A stretch of DNA of 64,000 nt, from positions 8,912-72,911 of the forward strand of contig JBAZFU010000003.1 of NCBI GenBank assembly GCA_041653195.1. The letters run 5' to 3'. The stretch's first letter is position 1; every line of letters starts with the position of its first letter. This stretch comes from an archaeon. Its GTDB lineage: Archaea > Iainarchaeota > Iainarchaeia > Iainarchaeales > JAAZKV01. The position numbers and the translations under genes were made by a program. The notes under the pieces were generated by a model. The model made no database searches and was not told the origin of the DNA. It worked only from the letters and a program-made list of their open reading frames with translations. Positions 9,235 through 18,051 of the stretch are shown here, one piece after another.

Positions 9235-12063
9235 ATGCCCTTACAAAAAGATGATTTGCTAATGAAACACGCCTCGAATTATTTTATAGCAGTTATTTTT
9301 ACAATTTTCGTTCTTGCGGCAACTGTTTTTGCTTCAACGCCAACTTGGAGCAGCGGATTATCATTAACCCCTAATGCCGCAAAGAATATCACTAGCATAA
9401 GCGCGACAATAAATTATTCAAACCCGGGTGATTTGAATGCTGTTTGCTTTAGCACTACTGACAACAATTCTTCAGTAAATTGCTACGAAACAAATCAAGC
9501 AAGCGGATTTGCCTTGCCGCTAACTTCAATCTTAACCGGAATATCTTCAGACGGAAATTATACGCTTTTTGCATTTTTAAGAGGCAGCGATTTTAATTAC
9601 TCTTTTTCTAGCAGCGCACAACTAATAATTGATAATTCTCCGCCATCTCTTAACGCATCATATCCGGCAAATAACGGCGATTTTAGCAGTTTTACATTAG
9701 ATTTTAACATAACAGATTCTCTGTCGGAAGTTCAAACTCCCGTAATTAAACTTGACAGCGTGGGCCAAACTGTTGGAATCCCGACTCTGATAAGTAATGG
9801 AAAAGAGTTCAAAGTAACAGGCGTTACTGGTTTAAGCGAGGGAAGCCACACTATAACAGTCGATGTAAACGATTCTTTATTGAATTCAATGTTAACGGCA
9901 ACAATTACTTTTAGAGTAGACACTACCGCTCCAACAGCAACTAGCATTACGTCTTCGAATACGACAAGCTACACAAATTCCAGTAATCCAACATTTACTT
10001 TGAATGTAAGCGATAGTGGTTCCGGAATGCCCAACGGACAAATAATGCTTTCGTGCAAACAATTAAGCGCGTGGTATGTTACAACTTATCCTTCGAGTGG
10101 AAACACTATAAGTGATTTTAATGTGCTTTCAAGCAGTTATGACTGTAATACGAGTGACGGCAACAAAATAGTTTACGCAAAGTTCAAGGATAAGGCCGGA
10201 AACTGGTCCGCAACAACTGTTAGCACAAATGTTTTGGTAGACAGAACGGCGCCGAGCGCCCCAAGCGGTTTGGCTGCAAGTTCGGGTAACGGACAGGTTT
10301 CTTTGAGTTGGAGTGCGCCAACAGCCGACAGTACCCCCGGTTCAGGAAATGCCGGTTATAGAGTTTACAAAAACGGCTCACTATATTCATCCCCTACAGA
10401 CACTAATCAAATCGTTACGGGGCTTTCAAACGGAACAGCTTACACTTTCAAAGTAACAACAATCGATAACGCGAATAACGAAAGCTCCGCAACTGCGGAT
10501 TTGAATGCAACGCCTTCAGCAGGCCCTGCTGCAACAGTAACTATTTTGGTTCAAAAAAACGGAATTATTACGAGTTATGCAAAAAGTGCAGATGTTCTAA
10601 ATGTGTCCTGTTCTTTTACTTACACCGTTGATGATGCTGTGATATATTATCAATATTATAACACAAACCAAAGTCAGGCAACTCTTACGGGCCCGACGGA
10701 CAACACCTCTTCGGTAAGTAATAATATTACGCTTGCAAGTGGACACACAAGAGTTGATTTTTGGTGCAATGGAACACAATATGGTTCAACAATTTCTTCA
10801 CCCACAACACAAATTTATTTTGACAGCACTTTGCCGGCAATAAATTGGAAAGATGCCAATGATTCGAATTCTACTTGGGATGGGCAAAAAATAATTTTTG
10901 TGACCGCATCAGACGATAGGGAAATTGACACTGTTGAATTCGAATTGAACGGAGTCAAAATGATTGCCGTTAAAGACGGAAATACATATTCTTACAATTT
11001 GAAAACAACGGATTACAACAATGGTTCTTACACGCTTAAAGCAACCGCGAAGGACAAGGCGGGAAACACTACAAGCATAACAAAAACAATTACCTTGCAC
11101 AACATACTTACCGCCGCACAAATGGCCGAAGAGGCGATAGCGCAGGCCAGCGAAAAGAAAGTTGTGATCGAGGATTTGATAAAATTTTTTGCAACAGAGG
11201 GGCTTGCGTTTCCTAACGAACTTTTAGCAGAGAAAAATTCTGCGGACCAGTTGCTCAAAGACGCCGAAGCAATAAAAAATAGTGATGGGAACGGGGCAGC
11301 GGCAAAAGCAAACTCTGCAAAAGAAAAATATTTGGAGATAAATGTTAAAGCATCTATTAATCCGCAGCAAACCAAATTTTACGAATATGATGCAAACAGC
11401 TTAGAAGCAGCATTGCAAAGCATAGGTCTTACTCCGTCACAAATCACTGAGGCTACCACACTAATAAAAGGAACAAATGTTGAACGAAAACTTGTGATAG
11501 TTAAGATAGGGAATGATGCAAACGCGGGCTATCAGGCAAAAATAGAAATAACCTTTACGAGCGATAGCAACGATGCTATTCTGAAAATAGTCGAAGTGAT
11601 TCCAAAAGAATTTGTGCAATCCGCTGCAAAAATTATTTCAGATTATAATTTTACAATAATACAAAATGACCCTATAATAGAATTCAGCGTTCCCGTATCA
11701 AACGGAAAAAGCGTTAAACTGACTTACGGAATAGGAAACATTACCAAGGAGCAGGCAGACGCGCTTGTTTCAAACAATGTGATTGCGAAATTTTCCGGTC
11801 CGCCAATAGTGCTTTCAGAAGACACCGATATACAAGGCACCCTTGGAGGATTTGCTTTTCCGGATATTTCAGGAATGCTTGTTTGGATACTGATAATTTT
11901 AGTCGCACTTATAGCGGTAGGCGCAGTTGTATTCGTTCTGATGAAAAAGAATGGCGGCTCTTCGCTTGGAAAAGACGGTTCTATTATCGAAAAAGTTTCC
12001 GATAAAATTGTGCTTCCTGAAAACAAACAGAGTAAAGAAACAAAAATTTGGGAACATAAATAG
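9235..12063 (+). CDS. Secreted, C-terminally anchored surface protein with Ig-like (Big) and FN3 domains
   Basis: Signal peptide (likely start ATG 9262); repeated DxTAP/KDKAGN Ig-like motifs; FN3 APSAPSGL...VSLSWSAP...YRVYKNG...YTFKVTTID; helical segment; TM helix near the C-terminus followed by a short tail. Confidence 0.8.
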   Translation: MPLQKDDLLMKHASNYFIAVIFTIFVLAATVFASTPTWSSGLSLTPNAAKNITSISATINYSNPGDLNAVCFSTTDNNSSVNCYETNQASGFALPLTSILTGISSDGNYTLFAFLRGSDFNYSFSSSAQLIIDNSPPSLNASYPANNGDFSSFTLDFNITDSLSEVQTPVIKLDSVGQTVGIPTLISNGKEFKVTGVTGLSEGSHTITVDVNDSLLNSMLTATITFRVDTTAPTATSITSSNTTSYTNSSNPTFTLNVSDSGSGMPNGQIMLSCKQLSAWYVTTYPSSGNTISDFNVLSSSYDCNTSDGNKIVYAKFKDKAGNWSATTVSTNVLVDRTAPSAPSGLAASSGNGQVSLSWSAPTADSTPGSGNAGYRVYKNGSLYSSPTDTNQIVTGLSNGTAYTFKVTTIDNANNESSATADLNATPSAGPAATVTILVQKNGIITSYAKSADVLNVSCSFTYTVDDAVIYYQYYNTNQSQATLTGPTDNTSSVSNNITLASGHTRVDFWCNGTQYGSTISSPTTQIYFDSTLPAINWKDANDSNSTWDGQKIIFVTASDDREIDTVEFELNGVKMIAVKDGNTYSYNLKTTDYNNGSYTLKATAKDKAGNTTSITKTITLHNILTAAQMAEEAIAQASEKKVVIEDLIKFFATEGLAFPNELLAEKNSADQLLKDAEAIKNSDGNGAAAKANSAKEKYLEINVKASINPQQTKFYEYDANSLEAALQSIGLTPSQITEATTLIKGTNVERKLVIVKIGNDANAGYQAKIEITFTSDSNDAILKIVEVIPKEFVQSAAKIISDYNFTIIQNDPIIEFSVPVSNGKSVKLTYGIGNITKEQADALVSNNVIAKFSGPPIVLSEDTDIQGTLGGFAFPDISGMLVWILIILVALIAVGAVVFVLMKKNGGSSLGKDGSIIEKVSDKIVLPENKQSKETKIWEHK

Positions 12064-12154
12064 TTATTCAAAACTTAAAAAAAATCCAACGAACTTTTTC
12101 TCTCGACGCCCTACCAAAAACATTAATTAATTGTTACTGACAATATTTGTGTCA

Positions 12155-13303
12155 ATGGAAAGCATTGTAATAATCGGCGCGGGCCCGGCAGGTCTTCAGG
12201 CAGCAATAAGACTGAAAGAATTGGGTTTTGAAGCCACTGTTTTTGAAGAGCATGAAAGCGTCGGAATGCCTGAGAATTGCGGCGGGTTAATCTCAAAAAA
12301 CGGCTTAAAAGAGTTAGGTTTAAATGTCGAAGATTGCCTTGAAAATGAAATAAAAGGAGCAAAAATATTTTCCCCGAACGGAACAATGCTCAAAGTTTCC
12401 ATGCCAAAAACGGTTGCCTACGTTGTTGAGAGAAAAGGATTTGACCAATTGCTTGCTCGAAAAGCCAAAGAAAAAGGCGCAAAAATAGTTCTCAATTCGC
12501 GGCTCATAGATATTCACGGCCAAAATATTTTCTTAACAACAAAAGAGCGGGGCGAAATGAAAAAAGCTCAATATGTTATTGGCGCAGACGGCGTAAATTC
12601 TACCGTGAGACAACTAATGTCCACAATTATTTCAAAAGAAAATTTTGTGCATTCTGCACAAACCGTTTGCAGCGGGAATTTCGAAAAAGACTTTGTTGAA
12701 ATACATTTTGGAGATTTTGCCGATGGGTTCTTCGGATGGGTTATACCTTTGTCAAGTGAAAAGGCGCGAATAGGCCTTGGGTGCAGACTTGGGAAAAATC
12801 CTTCGGAGAATTTGCAAAAATTCATTGCACAAAAGTTTCCGGAAGCGCGTTCATACGGAACAAAATCTTCGCTCATACCCTGCGGGCCGCCGTTGAACGC
12901 ACAGCAAATACAAAAAAGCAATATTCTTCTTCTTGGTGATTCGGCATTTCACACGAAAGCGACGACCGGCGGAGGAATAATCTTCGGGATGAAAGCCGGG
13001 AACATCGCCGCGCAAACAATTGTGGATAATATTGTGCACAAAAAACCGCTTGCAAATTACGACAAAAATCTGGAAAAAATAAACAGGGAGCTGCGAATGC
13101 ACTGGAAAATACGGAAATATTTCAATTCGATGCGCGCGGAAGAAATTGACGCGCTGTTTGCAAAATTGAAGGCAAAGGGAATAGAAGAGTTCTTAGAGAA
13201 GGAAGGCGACATGGATAATCCTTCAAAGTTTGTCGGAAAACTTGCGGGCAAGCCGAAGTTCTGGTTCATGGCTAGAACGCTACTTGACATTGCGAGAAGC
13301 TGA
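12155..13303 (+). CDS. Geranylgeranyl reductase family FAD-dependent oxidoreductase (DGGGPL reductase-like)
   Basis: IIGAGPAG, CGGLIS, IGADG, FGWVIP, LLGDSA...TGGGI; start moved to ATG 12155. Confidence 0.85.
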   Translation: MESIVIIGAGPAGLQAAIRLKELGFEATVFEEHESVGMPENCGGLISKNGLKELGLNVEDCLENEIKGAKIFSPNGTMLKVSMPKTVAYVVERKGFDQLLARKAKEKGAKIVLNSRLIDIHGQNIFLTTKERGEMKKAQYVIGADGVNSTVRQLMSTIISKENFVHSAQTVCSGNFEKDFVEIHFGDFADGFFGWVIPLSSEKARIGLGCRLGKNPSENLQKFIAQKFPEARSYGTKSSLIPCGPPLNAQQIQKSNILLLGDSAFHTKATTGGGIIFGMKAGNIAAQTIVDNIVHKKPLANYDKNLEKINRELRMHWKIRKYFNSMRAEEIDALFAKLKAKGIEEFLEKEGDMDNPSKFVGKLAGKPKFWFMARTLLDIARS

Positions 13304-13320
13304 AAAAAACTTCTCAGCCA

Positions 13321-13342
13321 AAAACTCAAAAAAAGAAAAAAA
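13321..13342 (-). terminator. Oligo-T tract, probable archaeal terminator of the tRNA transcript
   Basis: Minus strand reads TTTTTTTCTTTTTTTGAGTTTT immediately after the tRNA mini-copy. Confidence 0.5.
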
Positions 13343-13389
13343 TAGCCCCGCCCAGATTCGGAACGCCAAGTCCCTTAGGCGACGGGGCG
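13343..13389 (-). pseudogene. Degenerate, internally deleted tandem copy of tRNA-Gln (acceptor-stem mini-copy)
   Basis: 17-bp exact repeat 13342-13358 = 13417-13433 (tRNA 3' end) and 9-bp repeat 13380-13388 = 13481-13489 (tRNA 5' end); no anticodon arm. Confidence 0.6.
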
Positions 13390-13417
13390 TGATTGCTCCG
13401 CAATCCCGCGAAAACTA

Positions 13418-13490
13418 TAGCCCCGCCCAGATTTGAACTGGGGTCCCGAGCTCCAGAGGCTCGTATCCTTGGCCACTAGACGACGGGGCT
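13418..13490 (-). tRNA. tRNA-Gln(CTG)
   Basis: Cloverleaf: AGCCCCG/CGGGGCT acceptor stem (A1-U72 as in archaeal tRNA-Gln), CGAGC-CTCTGGA-GCTCG anticodon arm, CCCAG-TTCAAAT-CTGGG T arm, discriminator A, no encoded CCA, no intron. Confidence 0.95.
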
Positions 13491-13513
13491 ATGCAGAAAA
13501 TAGGCATCTAAAT

Positions 13514-13524
13514 TATTTATAAAA
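13514..13524 (-). promoter_or_regulatory. Candidate TATA box of tRNA-Gln
   Basis: TTTTATAAATA on the minus strand 24-34 nt upstream of the mature tRNA 5' end. Confidence 0.55.
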
Positions 13525-13545
13525 GAAACTGGGGCGGATTTTCAG

Positions 13546-14394
13546 CTATTTTTCGCCAAAAATTTCTTCTAACAAATCGTTTACAAAATCCATCGGGCCG
13601 TCGTTAAGAATTATCACATCAAAATTTTTCCTAAAGTATTCGATATTCTCATCAATATTCTTATTTAGAAACCCTACTTTTATTATTCCTTTGTGATTCA
13701 TCCCTGCGGACATTTTTATATCTTCAACACTGTCGCCCAACAACAATACATTGATTCTGCCAGAAATTTTTTTGAAATATTTGGAGCCCTTTGCCTGCGC
13801 CTCATCCTTGTTTAGTGAATGGATTATTTTTGACTTGTAGCCGACCGCTTTTCCATTACCGTCAAATTTAAAAAAATTAGAAATTATATAAATATTTGAG
13901 CTCAAAAAGCCTTTATCCCCCATATATTTTTCAATAAAATCTCCCAACCCTGCTGAAAGAATCAGAACTGGCACATCAACATCATCCAAAATTTTGAAAA
14001 ATTTATCGATTCCTGGACGACCGACGATTCGCTGATCCAAAATTATTTTTTCCATTATTTGCTTCGACAATCCCGAATCGACAATAAGCTTCAGATGCTT
14101 GTTCCACCACTCATTCATTTTTACATTCTTTTCGGCGAACGGAATATTCGGATTGATTTCAATTGGATAATAATAATCATGAAGCGCGTACGCTTCTTTG
14201 ACATACTTTGGAGAAATATAACTGCCTTTTCTTATTTGTGCGATTGCAGTCGGCAGTTCTTCACCGTTTGAGAATGCAACGGTAAGTGTCCTATCAAAAT
14301 CAGAGACAACGTGCAATTTCGAGGCCCCTGCCAAAATGAAAACACTTTTTTTCCTTTCAAATTCTTCAGGATTTACAATAATTATTTCTTTCAT
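13546..14394 (-). CDS. HAD-superfamily pyrimidine 5'-nucleotidase (UMPH-1 / cytosolic 5'-nucleotidase III-like)
   Basis: Motif I VVSDFDRTLT, cap region YYPIEINP...MNEWW, motif II ILSAGLGD, IIHSLNK, motif IV LLLGDSVEDIKM. Confidence 0.8.
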   Translation of the reverse strand: MKEIIIVNPEEFERKKSVFILAGASKLHVVSDFDRTLTVAFSNGEELPTAIAQIRKGSYISPKYVKEAYALHDYYYPIEINPNIPFAEKNVKMNEWWNKHLKLIVDSGLSKQIMEKIILDQRIVGRPGIDKFFKILDDVDVPVLILSAGLGDFIEKYMGDKGFLSSNIYIISNFFKFDGNGKAVGYKSKIIHSLNKDEAQAKGSKYFKKISGRINVLLLGDSVEDIKMSAGMNHKGIIKVGFLNKNIDENIEYFRKNFDVIILNDGPMDFVNDLLEEIFGEK

Positions 14395-14424
14395 AAAAAA
14401 TATTCTGCAAAAAAGCTGAAAAAT

Positions 14425-15120
14425 CTACTTGCCAAACCTTCTTTCTCTCGAATTGTATTCGTCAATCAGCGTGTCTACATCATGCTCTGTGAGCGCGGGC
14501 CAGTACTTGTCGATGAAGGCAAGCTCGGAATAGGAACTTTGGAATGTGAGGAAGCCGGAAAGGCGCTGCTGGTTTGAGGTGCGCACAATCAAATCCGGCT
14601 CCTTGAAATCAGCATACAAATATTTTCTGAAAGAATCGATTGAAAGTTCAGAGGGATTGACTTTACCGATTTTTGTATCTTGAGCAAATTTTTTTGCAGC
14701 CTCAACTATTTCGGTCTGACCGTCATAGCCCAACGCAAGGTTGACTGTCTTTCCATTGAACTGAGACGTATATTTCTCCGCTTCGAGCATTTTTTTCTGA
14801 ATTATTTTTGGGAATTTTTCTTTTTGCCCGAGAAAATTTAATTGAATTCCCTGCTCTTCAATTATTTTCTTTTTTTTAACGCTATCAAGTTCCTTTTCAA
14901 ATATTTTCATTAGAACTGAAAGTTCGAGCCTGCTCCTGTCAAAATTTTTTAACGAAAAAGTGTAAAAAGTACCGACTCTTATTTTTGGATATTTTGTTAG
15001 CCACTCCAAAACATCCCAGGCTTTTTGCGTACCCAAATAGTAGCTTTCCGCAAGGTTTATTCCCGCCTGCTGCGCGTAACGCCTGTTGCCGTCCGGAATG
15101 AACGCTATTGATTCGAGCAT
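14425..15120 (-). CDS. uppS: cis-prenyltransferase (undecaprenyl/polyprenyl diphosphate synthase)
   Basis: IAFIPDGNRRYA, YTFSLKNFDRS, PDLIVRTS, RLSGFL, YSEL. Confidence 0.92.
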   Translation of the reverse strand: MLESIAFIPDGNRRYAQQAGINLAESYYLGTQKAWDVLEWLTKYPKIRVGTFYTFSLKNFDRSRLELSVLMKIFEKELDSVKKKKIIEEQGIQLNFLGQKEKFPKIIQKKMLEAEKYTSQFNGKTVNLALGYDGQTEIVEAAKKFAQDTKIGKVNPSELSIDSFRKYLYADFKEPDLIVRTSNQQRLSGFLTFQSSYSELAFIDKYWPALTEHDVDTLIDEYNSRERRFGK

Positions 15121-15277
15121 TTAAAACACTAAACAAAATAACGAATTGTTAAATATTAAAAGCTTCTGGTTTAAGCGGAAAAACGGTGCAAAAAAATCAT
15201 TCGATGATTGTACCAATTTGCAGGCGTTAAGTCAATAGAAAACCTTTAAACAACTAACAACCGAATTCTTTTATCAA

Positions 15278-15805
15278 TTGATTCAGGTGAAAAGAACGGA
15301 GCTTGTAAAGGGAAAAGAAATATTCGGCGCGATTCAAGCGCTCGACACTGGTTCAAAAAAAGCGGTTGTCGAAGCTTTGGGGATTGCAGAGCACATAGAG
15401 CGCGCGAGCAAAGCTTTCTATGAAAAGGAAGCTGAAAAAACCAATGGAAGCGAACTTGAAACCTTTTTCTCGTTTTTAGTGAAAGAAGAAACGATGCACC
15501 TGGAAAAAATACTTGAATTGAAAAAAATGCTTGAAATTGGAGACGCGGAAAAAATAATTTTTCAGCACAACACGCCGCCGCCCGCGCATTTAATGGACGC
15601 GGGAAAAGACGAGATTACTGCAATGCTTTATGCCTTGTGGAGAGAAAAAAAAGCGCAGGAATTTTATGCGGAAGCGGCTGAAAAAACAAGCGGTGCGGTA
15701 AAAGAATTTTTTTCGGAACTTGCGGAATTTGAGGGCGGGCACGTGGCACTGTTCGAGAAATACATTGAGGACACTGAAACCGATGTTGATTTGATGCTCG
15801 GATAA
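15278..15805 (+). CDS. Ferritin-like (rubrerythrin-family, no rubredoxin domain) di-iron protein
   Basis: Two E...FY...EExH repeats (IERASKAFY...KEETMH; REKKAQEFY...EFEGGH). Start uncertain. Confidence 0.8.
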   Translation: MIQVKRTELVKGKEIFGAIQALDTGSKKAVVEALGIAEHIERASKAFYEKEAEKTNGSELETFFSFLVKEETMHLEKILELKKMLEIGDAEKIIFQHNTPPPAHLMDAGKDEITAMLYALWREKKAQEFYAEAAEKTSGAVKEFFSELAEFEGGHVALFEKYIEDTETDVDLMLG

Positions 15806-15862
15806 TTTTTTTAATAAATTAAAATTATTTTATTTGAAATATTTTTTATCGGAGGGTTTTGT

Positions 15863-16405
15863 ATGGCAAAAATTGATAAGTATCCTGAAACGAAAAAGAG
15901 CTTGTGGGCGGCTTTTGCTGGCGAGAGCCAGGCGAGGAACAAATACGATTACTTCGCAAAGGAGTTTAGAAAAGCGGGTTATGAGCAGATAGCTGCGATT
16001 TTTGAGGAAACAGCTCTAAACGAAAAGGAGCACGCAAAAATGATTTGGAAATTGCTTGGAGAAAATGAAAAAGGATTAGAGGCTTTTTTGGAAGCGGCGA
16101 TTGCCGGAGAGCATTATGAAACAAACCAAATGTACCCAGAATTTGAAAAAGTTGCGAGGAAAGAGGGCTGCGAGGATGCGGCGACTTTTTTCAAAGAAGT
16201 AGCGGAAGTTGAGGAGAAGCATGAAAACAGGTACAAGCAAATACTTGGAACGCTGAAGGGAAAGAAAACTTTCAAGGAAGAAAAAGAAATAAAATGGAAG
16301 TGCAGGAACTGCGGATATGTGCACATGGGAAAAGAGGCGCCGGAAAAATGTCCGTGCTGTTTGCATCCGAAGGCTTACTTTGAAAGGCTCTGCGCAAATT
16401 ATTAA
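15863..16405 (+). CDS. rbr: Rubrerythrin
   Basis: AFAGESQARNKY, EKEHA, GEHYE, EEKHENRY, C-terminal rubredoxin-like CRNC...CPCC; GGAGG upstream. Confidence 0.93.
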   Translation: MAKIDKYPETKKSLWAAFAGESQARNKYDYFAKEFRKAGYEQIAAIFEETALNEKEHAKMIWKLLGENEKGLEAFLEAAIAGEHYETNQMYPEFEKVARKEGCEDAATFFKEVAEVEEKHENRYKQILGTLKGKKTFKEEKEIKWKCRNCGYVHMGKEAPEKCPCCLHPKAYFERLCANY

Positions 16406-16429
16406 ATTTCGAATTGGTGGCGGCTTTCC

Positions 16430-17065
16430 ATGAAAAAACAGAAGTTTTGCGCAGCGAGCGCCGAAATTGAAAACGAAATAACAAAGGCGTTGGCGAGTTT
16501 CAAAAAAACCTGGCTTTCGGACGAAAAAGTTTTCGAGGAACTGTGCTTCTGCATTCTTACGCCGCAGAGTTCGGCTAACCAAGCACTGAAAACGATTGAA
16601 CTTCTCAAGGAGCACAAAATTCTTTTGAAAGGAAGCGCGAAGCAGAAAGAAAAATTTTTGCGAAGCGTGAGATTTTACAAAACGAAAGCGAAGAGGCTTG
16701 AGGAAGCGCAAAAAAAGTTTCCGAAAAACCGAATTAAACAAATTTTGAAGCAGAACGGGCTCCCAGGCGCACCATTGAAGTGCAGAGAGTTTTTGGTGCG
16801 CGAAGTGAACGGCTACGGAATGAAGGAGGCGTCGCATTTTTTGCGGAATATAGGCTTCGGAGAAGAGATTGCGATTCTCGACAGGCACATTTTGAAAAAC
16901 TTAGTTTCTTGCGGAGTAATTGAATCGGTTCCGAAAACGCTGCCGCCGAAAAAGTATTTGGAGATTGAGGAAAAGATGAAAAATTTTTGCATGAAACATA
17001 AAATCGATTTTGCAGAACTGGATTTGATTTTTTGGAGCAATGAAACCGGAAAGGTTTTGAAGTAA
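16430..17065 (+). CDS. ogg: 8-oxoguanine DNA glycosylase/AP lyase (archaeal/Thermotoga-type Ogg)
   Basis: ELCFCILTPQS, HhH GYGMKEASHFLRNIG, AILDRHIL, LDLIFW. Confidence 0.9.
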   Translation: MKKQKFCAASAEIENEITKALASFKKTWLSDEKVFEELCFCILTPQSSANQALKTIELLKEHKILLKGSAKQKEKFLRSVRFYKTKAKRLEEAQKKFPKNRIKQILKQNGLPGAPLKCREFLVREVNGYGMKEASHFLRNIGFGEEIAILDRHILKNLVSCGVIESVPKTLPPKKYLEIEEKMKNFCMKHKIDFAELDLIFWSNETGKVLK

Positions 17066-17153
17066 GCCCGGTGAGAAAATCGTTTTTTGTTTTTGCGAAA
17101 TGCTTTAATATGGCAAAGCATTAATATTATTGAAACCTTTTTGAAGTGAAATA

Positions 17154-17354
17154 ATGGACGCTAAAGAAAATCCTGACGATGTAAAGGAAGAAATGAGCAG
17201 AATACTCTCAAATTTGCAGGACAAGATAAGCGAGGTTAACAGGCTTACAAAAGAATTGAAGCAGAAAAGAAAAGAATTCGAGAATGTTTCACCGAAAAAG
17301 ACAGAAAAAATTTTAGAAGAAATAAAAGTGCCCGCACTCGAACTTTTGAAATAA
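17154..17354 (+). CDS. Small coiled-coil hypothetical protein
   Basis: 66-aa charged heptad-like ORF filling the gap between co-oriented genes. Confidence 0.6.
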   Translation: MDAKENPDDVKEEMSRILSNLQDKISEVNRLTKELKQKRKEFENVSPKKTEKILEEIKVPALELLK

Positions 17355-17403
17355 ACCGGAATGATTTTTGAAAAGGGCATTCTAACTTTTTGCAGGCAAT
17401 TTT

Positions 17404-17745
17404 ATGTTAAAGACAAATGGAAAGCAACTGATGAAGAAGGTCAAGATTGCGAACACTTCTTGGGAGAGGATGCGCGGCCTTATGTTTGAGGAGGAAAAAC
17501 GCTTCGACTACGCGCTCGTTTTGGAAATGCCGAAAGAGGCAAGACTTGAAAGTTCAATTCACATGATGTTTGTTTTCTTTCCGATTGACGTGCTTTTTTT
17601 GAATAAGAAAAGAAAGGTAGTAGACAAGGTAACGGTTCAACCGTTTATTCCGAATTATACGCCAAAGAAAGCTGCAAAATATGTTATTGAACTGCCGGCC
17701 GGAAGAGCGAAAAGTGTGCGAATTGGAAGTACTCTTGACTGGTAG
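17404..17745 (+). CDS. DUF192 family protein
   Basis: ERMRGLMF, IHMMFVFFPIDVLFL, AKYVIELPAG. Confidence 0.9.
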   Translation: MLKTNGKQLMKKVKIANTSWERMRGLMFEEEKRFDYALVLEMPKEARLESSIHMMFVFFPIDVLFLNKKRKVVDKVTVQPFIPNYTPKKAAKYVIELPAGRAKSVRIGSTLDW

Positions 17746-18051
17746 AAAACCCTTCAATAAACTGCCTAAATGCCCGCATATTTTTGAAGATTATCTAATT
17801 CGTAAAAAAAAGAGGAAATAGAAAGCACAAAAGTAGCTTGCTTTCCATTCCTCCTTTGCCTCTTTACCTTCTACCTAGAGAAATCGGGGTGATAACCCGA
17901 AACTATGTAGTTAAAACAAATATAAAAATTTGTTAGGTTTGAAAATCAAACTGCGAGCAGTTTTTGAAATTTAATCGGCTTTTTTACTGCATTGAACGGG
18001 CAAAATTACTGCGATTGACGAATTCAGAAGAGTTTTTTTAAAGCACGAAAA

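Noticed and set aside
11820-12063. Sortase signal on the Ig/FN3 protein (AFPD + TM)
   Set aside because: The TM helix is followed by a ~35-aa tail rather than a short basic terminus, and there is no PGF/PEF/PEP motif.
13342-13433. Integrated mobile element bounded by the 17-bp tRNA repeat
   Set aside because: Only 58 bp lie between the repeats and no integrase is in the window; kept only as a possible scar in the findings.
16076-16888. 270-aa minus-strand ORF
   Set aside because: Antisense shadow of rubrerythrin and ogg; Phe/Arg/Leu-rich composition with no motifs.
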